DNA of 64,000 nucleotides from Hyalangium minutum. GTDB taxonomy: Bacteria; Myxococcota; Myxococcia; Myxococcales; Myxococcaceae. The stretch lies in NCBI RefSeq assembly GCF_000737315.1, contig NZ_JMCB01000019.1, positions 173,596 through 237,595 of the forward strand. The letters run 5' to 3'. Shown here piece after piece: positions 28,301-36,985 of the stretch; the first letter of the stretch is position 1, and every line of letters starts with the position of its first letter. Both the position numbers and the translations under genes were made by a program. The notes under the pieces were generated by a model. That model made no database searches. It was not told the DNA's origin and was given only the letters and a program-made list of their open reading frames with translations.

Positions 28301-29062
28301 CGGCAGCCGTTCCTGGCGGTGCGGAAGCTGGGGCAACAGGAGCTCGAGCAACTCCTGCAGGAGCAGTGGGAGACGGCCTCGGGCCGCATGCTGCACCCGT
28401 TGATGAGCCGGTACCCGTTCAACCCGCGGGCCACGCAAGAAGTGGAGCCGGGCGAGCTGGAGATCCTGCGCCGCCAGGATGGCGTGTTCTGGAGTTTCGT
28501 GAACCGGATCATCGCGCCCGTCAGCGAGGAGCGCGGCACAGACTGGGTGCTGCGAGGCGCCCTGCGGGATCGGCTCCGCCTGCCCGAGGAGCTGCTCCCC
28601 ACGCTCAGCCGGCTCTCGCGCCTGTCCCGCGCGCTCTGGGATGGGGAGGGCCGCGCACGTCCTCTGATGCTGCAGGTGATGCCGCTGCCGCTGCCACCCG
28701 CGCCCAAGGCGGACAGCTTCGTGACGCTGGGCTCGCTCAAGTGCGGCAGGACCGCGGCGCTGGCCTACAACCAGAGCCCTTCATGGCAGGCGTTCCCGGT
28801 CGACTGGTGGGATCAGCAGACCGCCTCGCTGGTGGTGGAGCTGCGCTCGCCCGAGCAGCAGGCCATCCAATACACCACGCTGCAGCAGCCGCGCTCGGCC
28901 TGGAGCTGCTTCCGCCTGCTCGAGGATTCGCTGCCCACGGGTGACCAGCAGCGGCTGTGGCGGATGCGGGGCCGCAGCTCGGAGACCGCGCAGCAGACGA
29001 TGGAGATCCGCTTCGGTCTCAAGGGAGAGCCCTGGACCCTTTTCCGTGAGGTGCAACCATGA
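25385..29062 (+). CDS. tssM: TssM/IcmF-like membrane complex protein (PdpB-like)
   Basis: N-terminal TM helix; Walker A VVLGPAGSGKSKLI; CLTHMDTLEGFEDF; second TM helix; C-terminal LMSRYPFNP and YNQSPSWQAFPVDW. Confidence 0.85.
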   Translation: MEKLRELGSHVSPYQGWLFLALGVLLLVAAVVALAVWMRRRRQRGATSLGAPPPMPAQRLRKIRQDFLKALPWLQRAAVRDLPCAVVLGPAGSGKSKLIALDVDWQRQSRQFLPSHTSDSLLKLYLGPDSVVQELSAPLTEDDTPQARRSLRKLWKDAFGQGQHALAVLALDVRWLAETPPDEVRRTAQLLRGKLNLLAEVRRLPVETRLCLTHMDTLEGFEDFAELLRTHHVPLSFALPPRGEEGQVASLLQAQEQYLALGLTSLPVESFERLERFYSQGHRPFEALARFTTALLEGGTLAFVPKLSRVYLSSPSARASGVLSVPSEAHDAQTLRQRYLRTHLKRGAMLATACSLPMLAAYAHFSWRLSQAQENVGRFESTVQRMRDQGQEVSGSVVQDQVLAARQAMDVMWRATGYWPLLPYSFSQARENLTKRLTQGIREAHLRPALEHCQKQPDTCRPEQVVFLLAALHASSSEPLGQFVLSSLRNRSAWSVSGKEAQETASTTEAPNLESTRSWLTAIHLVESLVGPYVTLSDKPWQAPTTPEADWARWPFREAFTLEGQLAPWQAHFKRLEDFLQAQAVEPWELDRMNKELEALQEERLQLQAWLEDSAIFAALPRALDLIKASEARVDTSRFKGLSSTLQSVEWMNKHREVLASLLHMEEEAYTGLKAVQKMSVAELLVRGGVWQPGPSSKGPLQLTITQGPLEFHPADNSRQIHRAILRYYERTGRLPFASARGEGEGSSPSTTSLPEERLKFDTRIRPLVDEFTQLLKSADLPAEEISQRQEHVRRQVDLFSIRYRQRLYQRVNAYRLDALTPALLTEELSRLTQPSSELVDMLRDVAKGASLEPLEGPYYESLRNSVATFKPIVQVMKPDESGNYALLNPYRALVAQLSDELLAVSRGGARAASTAPASGGEGGSAARLTEMLTPMGRIALSMMLEADDSYLRKVDAWLDQQGFIGELREPFRQPFLAVRKLGQQELEQLLQEQWETASGRMLHPLMSRYPFNPRATQEVEPGELEILRRQDGVFWSFVNRIIAPVSEERGTDWVLRGALRDRLRLPEELLPTLSRLSRLSRALWDGEGRARPLMLQVMPLPLPPAPKADSFVTLGSLKCGRTAALAYNQSPSWQAFPVDWWDQQTASLVVELRSPEQQAIQYTTLQQPRSAWSCFRLLEDSLPTGDQQRLWRMRGRSSETAQQTMEIRFGLKGEPWTLFREVQP

Positions 29063-29520
29063 AACGCCTGTTCCTGTTCTGCTCCACCCTGCTGCTGCCG
29101 CTCGTCGCCTGCCAACCGGCCACCCTGCAACTGAGCATCAAGGCTCCCTCGGGAACCAACCAGGGCCGGCCGCTCTACATGCTGGTGCGCAAGGTGGACC
29201 CGAAGCAGTACGCCACCGAGTCCTACGATGACGTCTCCGCCCGTGCCTTCCAGCCAGACGCGAGCGTCCTCCACAAGGAGATCATCTATCCGGGCACGCT
29301 GCGGCGCATCCCGGTGAAGATCCCCGAGGACTCTTCCCTGGCAGTGTCATTCCTCTTCACCGCTCCAGATGGGAACTGGCAGTCCTTCTTGAACATGCCC
29401 GTTCCCCAGGACCTGGATGTCGAGCTGCAGGAGAGCCGCATCCTGTCGGGAGGTTCTGCCGCGCCGCCCCCGGCTGAAGCGGCGGCCTCCCCCGCAGCTC
29501 CCACGCCGTCCAAGTCCTGA
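29059..29520 (+). CDS. tssJ: TssJ/IglE-like outer-membrane lipoprotein
   Basis: Lipobox PLVAC; LQLSIKAPSGTNQGRPLYMLV; ATGA overlap with tssM. Confidence 0.7.
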   Translation: MKRLFLFCSTLLLPLVACQPATLQLSIKAPSGTNQGRPLYMLVRKVDPKQYATESYDDVSARAFQPDASVLHKEIIYPGTLRRIPVKIPEDSSLAVSFLFTAPDGNWQSFLNMPVPQDLDVELQESRILSGGSAAPPPAEAAASPAAPTPSKS

Positions 29521-29539
29521 CGCCGCCACGACCGAAGCG

Positions 29540-29578
29540 AGTGAATCCCTTCACAGCCCCTGAATGAAGGGCCTCACA
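29540..29578. promoter_or_regulatory. Tandem CRP/FNR-type boxes upstream of the giant Ig-repeat gene
   Basis: AGTGA-ATCCCT-TCACA (29540) and AATGA-AGGGCC-TCACA (29563), 23 bp apart. Confidence 0.7.
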
Positions 29579-29657
29579 GCCCCCGAGCAGGCGGCCTGAG
29601 AGGGTTCCACCGCACAGGTCTCCACCTGCTTCCTTCGCAGAACAAGAGAGGTCTCAC

Positions 29658-32600
29658 ATGAAACATGTTCACGGTCCGCTCATCTTGGGGCTCTGCGTGC
29701 TCGCCGCCTGCGAACCGCCGCCGCCCTCGCCCACACCCGGCGCCATCGCACTCCCCAGCCGGGGAGCAGCTCTCGTGGCGGCAGTGAACGGTGGCTCGGT
29801 GCAAGCCATCGACCTCGGCACCGCCACCCCGGCCATCGACTTCAGTAGTCAGCAAGTGTGCGCGACGAGCCCTGCTCAAACGATCGAGGTGCGCAACATA
29901 GACCCCGCGGCTGCCCGGCAGATCGCCTTCGTGGCCGTGACAGCACCTTTTGTCCTGACACGCATCGAAAACAGCGCCCACCAAGAAGTGACCCCTCCCT
30001 TCTCGTTGGCAGCCGGGACGAGCGCGTACTTCTCCGTGGCCGTCCGGCCCGAGGAGCCGGATCAGTTCAACGGGAGCCTCACCCTGGTCACCGATGATCC
30101 CGCCCAGGGGCTCTTCACCATCAATCTGTCGGGCACGGGAACGGGCCCCCGCCTCGAGTTCTCCTCGTCTCCGCTGATCCTCACCCCCGGGGCGAGCGCC
30201 ACGGTGAGCTTGGAGAATACGGGTGACTCCACGCTCTCTTCTCTCGCAGCGACAATCCGGAGCCCGTTCTCGGCGCAGCTCGGTGCCACCTCCCTGGCGC
30301 AGAATGCGATCACGTCCTTGACCGTGACTCTCCCCACCTCTGCTGCGGGGACGTTCTTCTCGGAGACCCTGACGGTCTCCAGCTCGGACCCATGCAGGCC
30401 TTCCCAGAAGATCAAAGTCGTGGGAGCGCTCGACTCCGCGCCCCTGCTCGTCCTGTCGCACGCCCCCCTCTCCTTCTCGACCACCACGGGAAGCGTGAGT
30501 GCCCCCTTACCGGTGAAGGTGAAGAACCATGGTGGAGCCCGCCTTCAGGTCGCTGCGCCCACGCTCGAGGGGGTCTCCACGCCCAGCGCAGGGACTCAGT
30601 TCGCCGTGACGCCGGCCTTCGGCTTCGGGCTGGAACCGGGAGAGGAACACACGCTCAATGTGAAGTTTGCCCCCACAGCGTCTGGCTCGCATACAGCCCA
30701 GCTCAAGCTCACCAGCAACAGCACGGGCTCCCCTCATGTGGCGGATCTCGGCGGCGAGGCCACGGCGCCGTCACGTGCGCTCGAGGCCACTCCCTCCCAG
30801 GTGACATTCGCTACCCGGGGAGCCGACGAGCCCGGTGAAGTCACCGTGCCAGTGGAGATCGTCAACACGGGGGATGTGTCCCTGAACCTCAGCGCCAGCA
30901 CCTCGGCGGCCAGTGCATCCAACCCCTTCAGTGTCTCTCCATCCTCGATTGCCATCGCGCCCCTGCAGCACAAGCTCCTCACGGTGAAGTTCAACAACGC
31001 CAACCTCTCCGCAGGCGTGTTCAATGGCCAGCTCACGCTCAGGGATGGCGCCTTCGAGCTGGCAATTCCTCTCCAGAGCACTCTCTCCAGCACCTTGTTC
31101 TCCATCACCCCGCCGAGGCTGGACTTCACCGCTCACGAGCTGGGCGTCAGCACGCCCCAGACTCTCGAGGCGGCGCTCAACAACCAGAGCGACTCCCCCG
31201 TCACGGTCATCGGCGCCACGCAGCCGGGCTCCCCGTTCTCCGTGGACCTTCCCGGGAGCGGCCTGACCATTCCCGCCCACGGTGTCGCTCCCCTCCGCAT
31301 CACCTTCCGTCCCTCCGCGCCGGGCTCTTTCGACGAGACGCTCCACCTCCAGAACACGCCCCGTGCGACAGCTCCCACGCTCAGGCTCGTCGGCACGGCA
31401 TTGGCCCCTGTCCTGACGGTGACCGCGCCAGAGCTGCCCTTCTCGCGCCAGCTTCCCTACGGGGAATCGAGCGCCCAGTCCGTGACCCTGAAGAACGAGG
31501 GCAACATGAACGTCAGCCTGGAGCAGATCTCCCTCGGTACCAGTGGAGATTTTTCGCTCAAGACCAGCCTTCCCAGAGCGCTCGGCGCGGGCCAGTCGCT
31601 GGCTCTCTCCTTCTCCTTCACTCCCCAGAGCGTGGGCGTCAAGGAGGTCAGGCCCGTGTTCCATCTCAAGACGGATGCCGGCCGGGAGATCTCTTCCAGC
31701 CTCAACTTCTGGCTGAGGGGCACTGCTTCAGGTCCTATCGCAGACATCTCTCCCACCCCGCTGGCGTTCGGCTCTCAGCAGGTGATGAAGACCAAGGAAC
31801 TCCAGCTCCAGGTCCGCAATCAGGCCGACAGCCTCGAGCCCCTCAAGCTGACCCGCGTCGAGCTCGTCGACGTCCAGCCCTCGGCGGGCGCCTTCGCCAT
31901 TGACCCCATCAGCAGCAGCGAGACGCCCATCTCTCCAGACACGGCGCGCAATCCCCCGCTCAAGGTGAAGTTCACCCCGACCGTCGATCAGAACTACACG
32001 GGCAAGCTGCGCATCACCTACAGCGGCACCGATCCCAGCGTGACCACCAGCAAGACCATTCCCCTGACGGGCAAGGGGGCGAATGTCCTCGTAGCTCACA
32101 CGCCGGAGAGTCTGGACTTCAAGACCATTCCCCAGACCACGGACACGCAGGAGATCACCGTCACCAATGACAGTGAGGTGGCGATCGACCTCGAGACCGT
32201 GGAGATCCTGCCCGCCACGGCAACGAGCTTCACCTACTCCATCGAGGGCTGGCCGGCAGACACGCGCATCGCGTCGGGCGCCAAGAGGAAGATCAAGGTC
32301 TTCTTCACGCCCCTCTCGTCCACCGTGTCCGAGAACCGCACCCTGTCGGTGAAGTTCACTGGGAACCCTGCCACGATCATCCCCATCTCCCTCAAAGGGA
32401 AAGCGGGGCTCCCCGTCGCCACCTACGGCCAGCTGCTCCATCAGTTCACCGATGTCGCCAAGAACACTCGGGTCACCCAGCGCAACAGAATCAAGAACAC
32501 AGGCGCGACCACCCTCCGTGTCTACCAGCCCATCCCCAAGGAGGTGTATCCGAACCAGGTCACCGGCTTCAGCAAGCCCTACCGGGAGCCTTCTTCGGGC

Positions 32601-35003
32601 AGCCGGGTGGAATACGACTGGCCCGTGAGCCTCGATGAGCAGGAGGGTGAAATGTTCTTCGACGTCTACTTCCAGCCTCAGCGGGCGACGCCCGCGTCCG
32701 TCACCGAGACCTTCCTCATCAAGAGCAATTCCAACGGGGATCCGGCCTCCTCGGTCGAGATGGAAGTGCGCGGCACCGTCACTTCGCCCGTGCTCACGAC
32801 GCAAGGACCTTCCGAGTTCATCTTCACTCCGCTGTTGAACACGGAGAGCGTCCCGCAGGATCTCACCCTGATCAACAGTGGCCGGGCGCAGCTCGGCATC
32901 GTCTCCGTCTCCCTGTCCAGCGAGGCGGTCCCCTATTTCTGCATCTACTCGGATACTCAACCGGCCTGTGGCAGCTCGCTCAGCAACATCACCCTCGGGC
33001 ACACGGACAGGAAGACCGTCTACCTCAAGACGAAGGCCATCGAGGATACGGCGCAGCACCCGGGCAAGCTCATCATCAGTAGCAACAGCGACAGCAGCCC
33101 GAATCCTCTCATGTTCAACCTGAGCGCCACCGCCATCGGGGCCCTCACCCTCACCCCGGCTGTCTTGAACTTCGAGCCCTGCAACCTGCTGGCGCGCTCC
33201 CAGGCGCATCCCCTCCGGCTCACCAACTCGGGAGGAGAGTCCGTGGAGGTCGCCTCCATCCAGTTCGATCCTCCGGGAGACTTCAGCCACGGCACTCTCC
33301 CTGCCTCTCCCATTGCCCCCGGAGCCAGCGCGGACATCCCTCTGTACTTCTCTCCGAGGAGTGGCAGCGCCGCCGGTCACCGCGAGGCCACGGGCACCAT
33401 CACCCTGAAGAGCGGCAAGACCTTCACCTTCGACGTGACAGGCACGGCGACCACGGCCCAACTGCAGGTGAGCTTGGCGAATCCGCCGTCCGGTTCAGGC
33501 GGAGCCGACATCAGCAGCATGAACTTCGGAGGCGTGCGGATCGGGACGCGCTCGAAGCCCGTCACGCTCATGCTCAAGAACGTGTCGCCCGTCTCCCCGG
33601 GGGATCCTCCCGGAGATCTGACGATCACGAAGGTCTCGGTGGAGGGTCGCGACAAGGCCCTGTTCCCGCTGGAGGTGCCCTTCACGCAGACGACACTGGC
33701 GGCGGGTGGCTCCGTGAACGTCACACTGTACTTCGAGCCTCAGCAGCTTGCGGCATCCTCCGCCAACCTGGTGGTGACTTCGGATGCCTCCGAGGTCAGC
33801 CAGTACCAGGTGCTGCTGTCCGGCGAGGGCCGCTCCAGCGTGCTGGAGCTCTCACCGTACGAGCTGGACTTCCACAAGACGGTGGCGGGCTCTCTCGCCC
33901 CACCCAAGAAGCCCGTGGTGATCAAGAACACCTCCATCGCGCCGCTCACCATCACCTCCCTGGGGATCATCGAGGATCCCGCCCGGACCTCCCCCACCGC
34001 CCAGGCCGATCACTTCTCGGTACTTCCCTTCACGCCTCGGGAGCTGGCAGCCGGGGAGTCCCTGAGCATGGATGTGACGTTCCTCGCCAAGGCCGGTATC
34101 TCGTCCGCGGCGCTGTTGAAGATCACCAGCAACGCTCCGAGATCTCCCGACACGGGCGCGGATTCCACCGAGGGGCTGGTGAAGCTGCGCGGCGAGGGCC
34201 TGTCCTCGGTGTTCAAGGGCCTCCGGAGCAGCGTGGACTTCGGCACGCTTCGCAAGGTGGACGAGCGCTGGGAAGAGAGCGCGGAGCTCGTCGAGTTCAC
34301 CAATGACAGCAGCGAGACGATCCACCTGCTGCCGCCGATCCTGGAAGGCACGCGGGCGGCCGATTTCCGCGTGACCTTCATCGAGAAGGTCGGCGACGGT
34401 CCCACGATGGAGGTCCCCAGCGGAGGACGGGTCACGATGAAGATCGAGTTCCGTCCCACGGAGGCCGCCGTCTCGGAGGTGAGTCTGAGGCTGGCCACCA
34501 CGGCGCAAGAACGCGCCGCGACGGTCTCCTTGAAGGGCAAGGCCGTGACGCGCTTCCTGGACGTCAATCCCATGATCGTGGCTTTCGACCCGGTCTCGAC
34601 AGGAGAGAAGAGCGAGCCGCAGACGATCACCCTCACCAACCTGTCGGACTTGAAGGCGCGGATCAGCGTTCTGCAGGAGCCCTCCCAGGCGTTCATCCTG
34701 GACCCGAGCGCGCTCTCCGAGGAACTCCCAGCGGGCGGAAGCGTCCTCATCTCTGTGACGTTCTCCCCTGTCGCCAAGGGCCTTGCCGCTGAGGAACTCA
34801 AGCTGCGCATGCAGCGCGCGGAGACGACGGGCCGGGACATCGAGACAGTCGTCGCCATCCAGCTGAAGGGCGAGGGACAGGAACTCATCCCGGAGGGCGG
34901 AGGCTGCGCCAGCAGTTCTACCGGAACCGCCCCCCTGTGGATGGGAGGACTGCTGCTGGTGGCGCTGGTGGTTCGGCGCCGCTCACGCAGCACCGCCCCT
35001 TAA
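29658..35003 (+). CDS. Giant choice-of-anchor D (ASPM-SPD-2-Hydin Ig-like) repeat surface protein with MYXO-CTERM
   Basis: More than 10 repeats of L.F...  V.N.G..L.I...F....L.PG....V.F.P; N-terminal LAAC; C-terminal GGGC-linker-TM-RRRSR. Confidence 0.85.
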   Translation: MKHVHGPLILGLCVLAACEPPPPSPTPGAIALPSRGAALVAAVNGGSVQAIDLGTATPAIDFSSQQVCATSPAQTIEVRNIDPAAARQIAFVAVTAPFVLTRIENSAHQEVTPPFSLAAGTSAYFSVAVRPEEPDQFNGSLTLVTDDPAQGLFTINLSGTGTGPRLEFSSSPLILTPGASATVSLENTGDSTLSSLAATIRSPFSAQLGATSLAQNAITSLTVTLPTSAAGTFFSETLTVSSSDPCRPSQKIKVVGALDSAPLLVLSHAPLSFSTTTGSVSAPLPVKVKNHGGARLQVAAPTLEGVSTPSAGTQFAVTPAFGFGLEPGEEHTLNVKFAPTASGSHTAQLKLTSNSTGSPHVADLGGEATAPSRALEATPSQVTFATRGADEPGEVTVPVEIVNTGDVSLNLSASTSAASASNPFSVSPSSIAIAPLQHKLLTVKFNNANLSAGVFNGQLTLRDGAFELAIPLQSTLSSTLFSITPPRLDFTAHELGVSTPQTLEAALNNQSDSPVTVIGATQPGSPFSVDLPGSGLTIPAHGVAPLRITFRPSAPGSFDETLHLQNTPRATAPTLRLVGTALAPVLTVTAPELPFSRQLPYGESSAQSVTLKNEGNMNVSLEQISLGTSGDFSLKTSLPRALGAGQSLALSFSFTPQSVGVKEVRPVFHLKTDAGREISSSLNFWLRGTASGPIADISPTPLAFGSQQVMKTKELQLQVRNQADSLEPLKLTRVELVDVQPSAGAFAIDPISSSETPISPDTARNPPLKVKFTPTVDQNYTGKLRITYSGTDPSVTTSKTIPLTGKGANVLVAHTPESLDFKTIPQTTDTQEITVTNDSEVAIDLETVEILPATATSFTYSIEGWPADTRIASGAKRKIKVFFTPLSSTVSENRTLSVKFTGNPATIIPISLKGKAGLPVATYGQLLHQFTDVAKNTRVTQRNRIKNTGATTLRVYQPIPKEVYPNQVTGFSKPYREPSSGSRVEYDWPVSLDEQEGEMFFDVYFQPQRATPASVTETFLIKSNSNGDPASSVEMEVRGTVTSPVLTTQGPSEFIFTPLLNTESVPQDLTLINSGRAQLGIVSVSLSSEAVPYFCIYSDTQPACGSSLSNITLGHTDRKTVYLKTKAIEDTAQHPGKLIISSNSDSSPNPLMFNLSATAIGALTLTPAVLNFEPCNLLARSQAHPLRLTNSGGESVEVASIQFDPPGDFSHGTLPASPIAPGASADIPLYFSPRSGSAAGHREATGTITLKSGKTFTFDVTGTATTAQLQVSLANPPSGSGGADISSMNFGGVRIGTRSKPVTLMLKNVSPVSPGDPPGDLTITKVSVEGRDKALFPLEVPFTQTTLAAGGSVNVTLYFEPQQLAASSANLVVTSDASEVSQYQVLLSGEGRSSVLELSPYELDFHKTVAGSLAPPKKPVVIKNTSIAPLTITSLGIIEDPARTSPTAQADHFSVLPFTPRELAAGESLSMDVTFLAKAGISSAALLKITSNAPRSPDTGADSTEGLVKLRGEGLSSVFKGLRSSVDFGTLRKVDERWEESAELVEFTNDSSETIHLLPPILEGTRAADFRVTFIEKVGDGPTMEVPSGGRVTMKIEFRPTEAAVSEVSLRLATTAQERAATVSLKGKAVTRFLDVNPMIVAFDPVSTGEKSEPQTITLTNLSDLKARISVLQEPSQAFILDPSALSEELPAGGSVLISVTFSPVAKGLAAEELKLRMQRAETTGRDIETVVAIQLKGEGQELIPEGGGCASSSTGTAPLWMGGLLLVALVVRRRSRSTAP

Positions 35004-35024
35004 GTCCGGCATCCAGAGCAGGGA

Positions 35025-36458
35025 CTACTGGGCGGCCTTGGCCTGCAAGGCCGCCTTGTTCGGGTAGCTGGGCGCGGACTGCAGCAGCTTCGCCCAGAGC
35101 GCCTTGGCACCCTTCGCGTCACCCTTGGCCATCAGCCTATCGCCGAGCTGCTCCACCGCCGCCGCGTCCGAGCCCACCGCTACACCCCACACGCGGTCCG
35201 CCATGGGCGAGCTCTTCCCCACCAGCGCCCAGGCCATGCCCGCCTTCGCGCGCCCGTTGTCCGGCTGGAACGGCACCACGCGCCGGTACACGCCGAGCGC
35301 ATCGTCCCAGCGGCCCTTGGACAGGTGCTCCTCGCCTTCCTCCACCAACTTCGCCAGGCCCGCCTCCAGCTCCGGCGTGCGCTCGGTGTTCTGGATGGCG
35401 TCCACCATCTCCTGCGTCAGCGCTGGCGGCCCACCCTGTGCCCCAGAGTTCCCGGCCATGGGGCCGCCCGCCATCGGCCCACCGGCCATCGGCATGTTGC
35501 CCGCCATGGGCGCCGACGGCCTCGGCTGGGACAGGCGGATGCGCCGCTCCTCGGCGCGCTGCTGCTTCCACTTCTCCCGGCCGCCCGCCTTCGCCGTCTC
35601 CTCGGCGAACACGCTGAGCTGCTTGGCCAGATCCACTCGAGGAGCGTCCGGATGCGCCGCCACGTAGGCCTCGAAGCCCTCGTGCGCCGCGCGCAGCGCC
35701 TTCACGTCCTCGCCCTTCGTCTCGTACAGCACCGCCGAGCGAGAGAAGAGCGCCTCCGCATTCGAGGGCGCCACATCCAGCACCCGCTCGAAGATCGTCA
35801 GCGCGCCGGCCTTGTCGCCCGTGAGGTACAGCGCCTGGCCGCGCATCACCTCGACCTCGAGCACCGGCTCCAGCGCCGACCGGGCACAGGCCGCCGAACC
35901 CGCGACGTCACCCTTCTTGGCCCGCTCGTCGGCCACCTTCGCCATGTCCGCCAGAGGCGTGGTGGGCGTGAAGCCGCAGCCGACCTCCTCCGCGCTGGGC
36001 ACCGGCTTCTTGCCCAGCTTCTTGCGCTGCTCCACGAACAGGGCCCGCGTCGCGACAGCCTTCTGCTCCGCCTGGAGGAAGTACATCATCGCCTCCCCCG
36101 GCCGGCCGTTCGAGTAGTAGAGCTTCCCCAGCGAGGAGGCGATCTCGAACGTCTTCTCCCGCGACTTCAGGCCCTCGGTCGCATCCAACTGCTTGAGCAG
36201 ATCCTCGGCGCTGGGCGGCAGCCGGCCCTGGCCCGCCCCGCTCCCTGTCATCGGCGGGTGGCCCTCCGGCAGCCCTCCTTGTCCGTCCTCCATGCCCTGG
36301 CCCGGCGCCATGGCCGGATGCCCCTCGGGCAGGACTCCTGGAGGAGGACGTGCAGGCGACGCCTGGGTCCCCGGGGGTACGGGTGGGTGGTTGGGCGGCA
36401 GGTTGGAGGGCTCCGCGGCAAGCAGAGCCGCGGCCGCGAGGGCAAAGGAAAGGGTCAT
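35025..36458 (-). CDS. Exported tetratricopeptide-repeat protein
   Basis: Signal peptide MTLSFALAAAALLA; TPR-like helices; LPxxHP and MAGGP repeats; start overlaps the folK stop. Confidence 0.75.
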   Translation of the reverse strand: MTLSFALAAAALLAAEPSNLPPNHPPVPPGTQASPARPPPGVLPEGHPAMAPGQGMEDGQGGLPEGHPPMTGSGAGQGRLPPSAEDLLKQLDATEGLKSREKTFEIASSLGKLYYSNGRPGEAMMYFLQAEQKAVATRALFVEQRKKLGKKPVPSAEEVGCGFTPTTPLADMAKVADERAKKGDVAGSAACARSALEPVLEVEVMRGQALYLTGDKAGALTIFERVLDVAPSNAEALFSRSAVLYETKGEDVKALRAAHEGFEAYVAAHPDAPRVDLAKQLSVFAEETAKAGGREKWKQQRAEERRIRLSQPRPSAPMAGNMPMAGGPMAGGPMAGNSGAQGGPPALTQEMVDAIQNTERTPELEAGLAKLVEEGEEHLSKGRWDDALGVYRRVVPFQPDNGRAKAGMAWALVGKSSPMADRVWGVAVGSDAAAVEQLGDRLMAKGDAKGAKALWAKLLQSAPSYPNKAALQAKAAQ

Positions 36459-36985
36459 GACTCGTTCACCAGAGGGCTCAGATCGGGCCACTGCGTGGCC
36501 AAGAGCCTGCGGACATCTTGGGGATCCAGCCGGGCGAGCAGTTCCTTCACGGGAACGCCCAGCACCGGGTGCTTCACATGGGGGGCCAGCTCCGCCAGCG
36601 GCTCGAGTGCAAAGCGGCGCTTGTGCAGCTCGAGGTGCGGCACCTGGAGGTTGGCATCCGCGATCACTTCACCCTCCCAGAGGAGGATGTCCAGGTCGAT
36701 GGGCCGAGGCCCCCAGCGCGATCCATCGCGGCGGCGGCCCAGATCCTGCTCGATGCGCTGGAGGATGGTGAGCAGCCGCTGCGGAGGCAGCCCACAGTCC
36801 AGCGCCACCACGGCGTTGAGGAAGCGCGGCTGCGGCGGGCCCACCGGAGCGCTGTCGAAGAGCGGAGAGCACTGCAGCACCACGACGGCGTCGATCCGGG
36901 AGAGGGCCTCGAGGGCCGCCACGAGGTAGCCCTCGCGGTCTCCTTCATTGGAACCCAGCCCGACGTAGACGGTGGCAGTGCTCAC
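36455..36985 (-). CDS. folK: 2-amino-4-hydroxy-6-hydroxymethyldihydropteridine diphosphokinase
   Basis: VYVGLGSNEGDR, FLNAVV, RWGPRPIDLDILL, LQVPHLELHKRRFALEPL. Confidence 0.97.
   Translation of the reverse strand: MSTATVYVGLGSNEGDREGYLVAALEALSRIDAVVVLQCSPLFDSAPVGPPQPRFLNAVVALDCGLPPQRLLTILQRIEQDLGRRRDGSRWGPRPIDLDILLWEGEVIADANLQVPHLELHKRRFALEPLAELAPHVKHPVLGVPVKELLARLDPQDVRRLLATQWPDLSPLVNES

Noticed and set aside
25628-28438. 936-aa minus-strand ORF and similar long antisense ORFs (21052-23004, 47532-50078, 31728-33461, 16559-18097)
   Set aside because: Shadow ORFs from high GC3 bias opposite real genes; no motifs.
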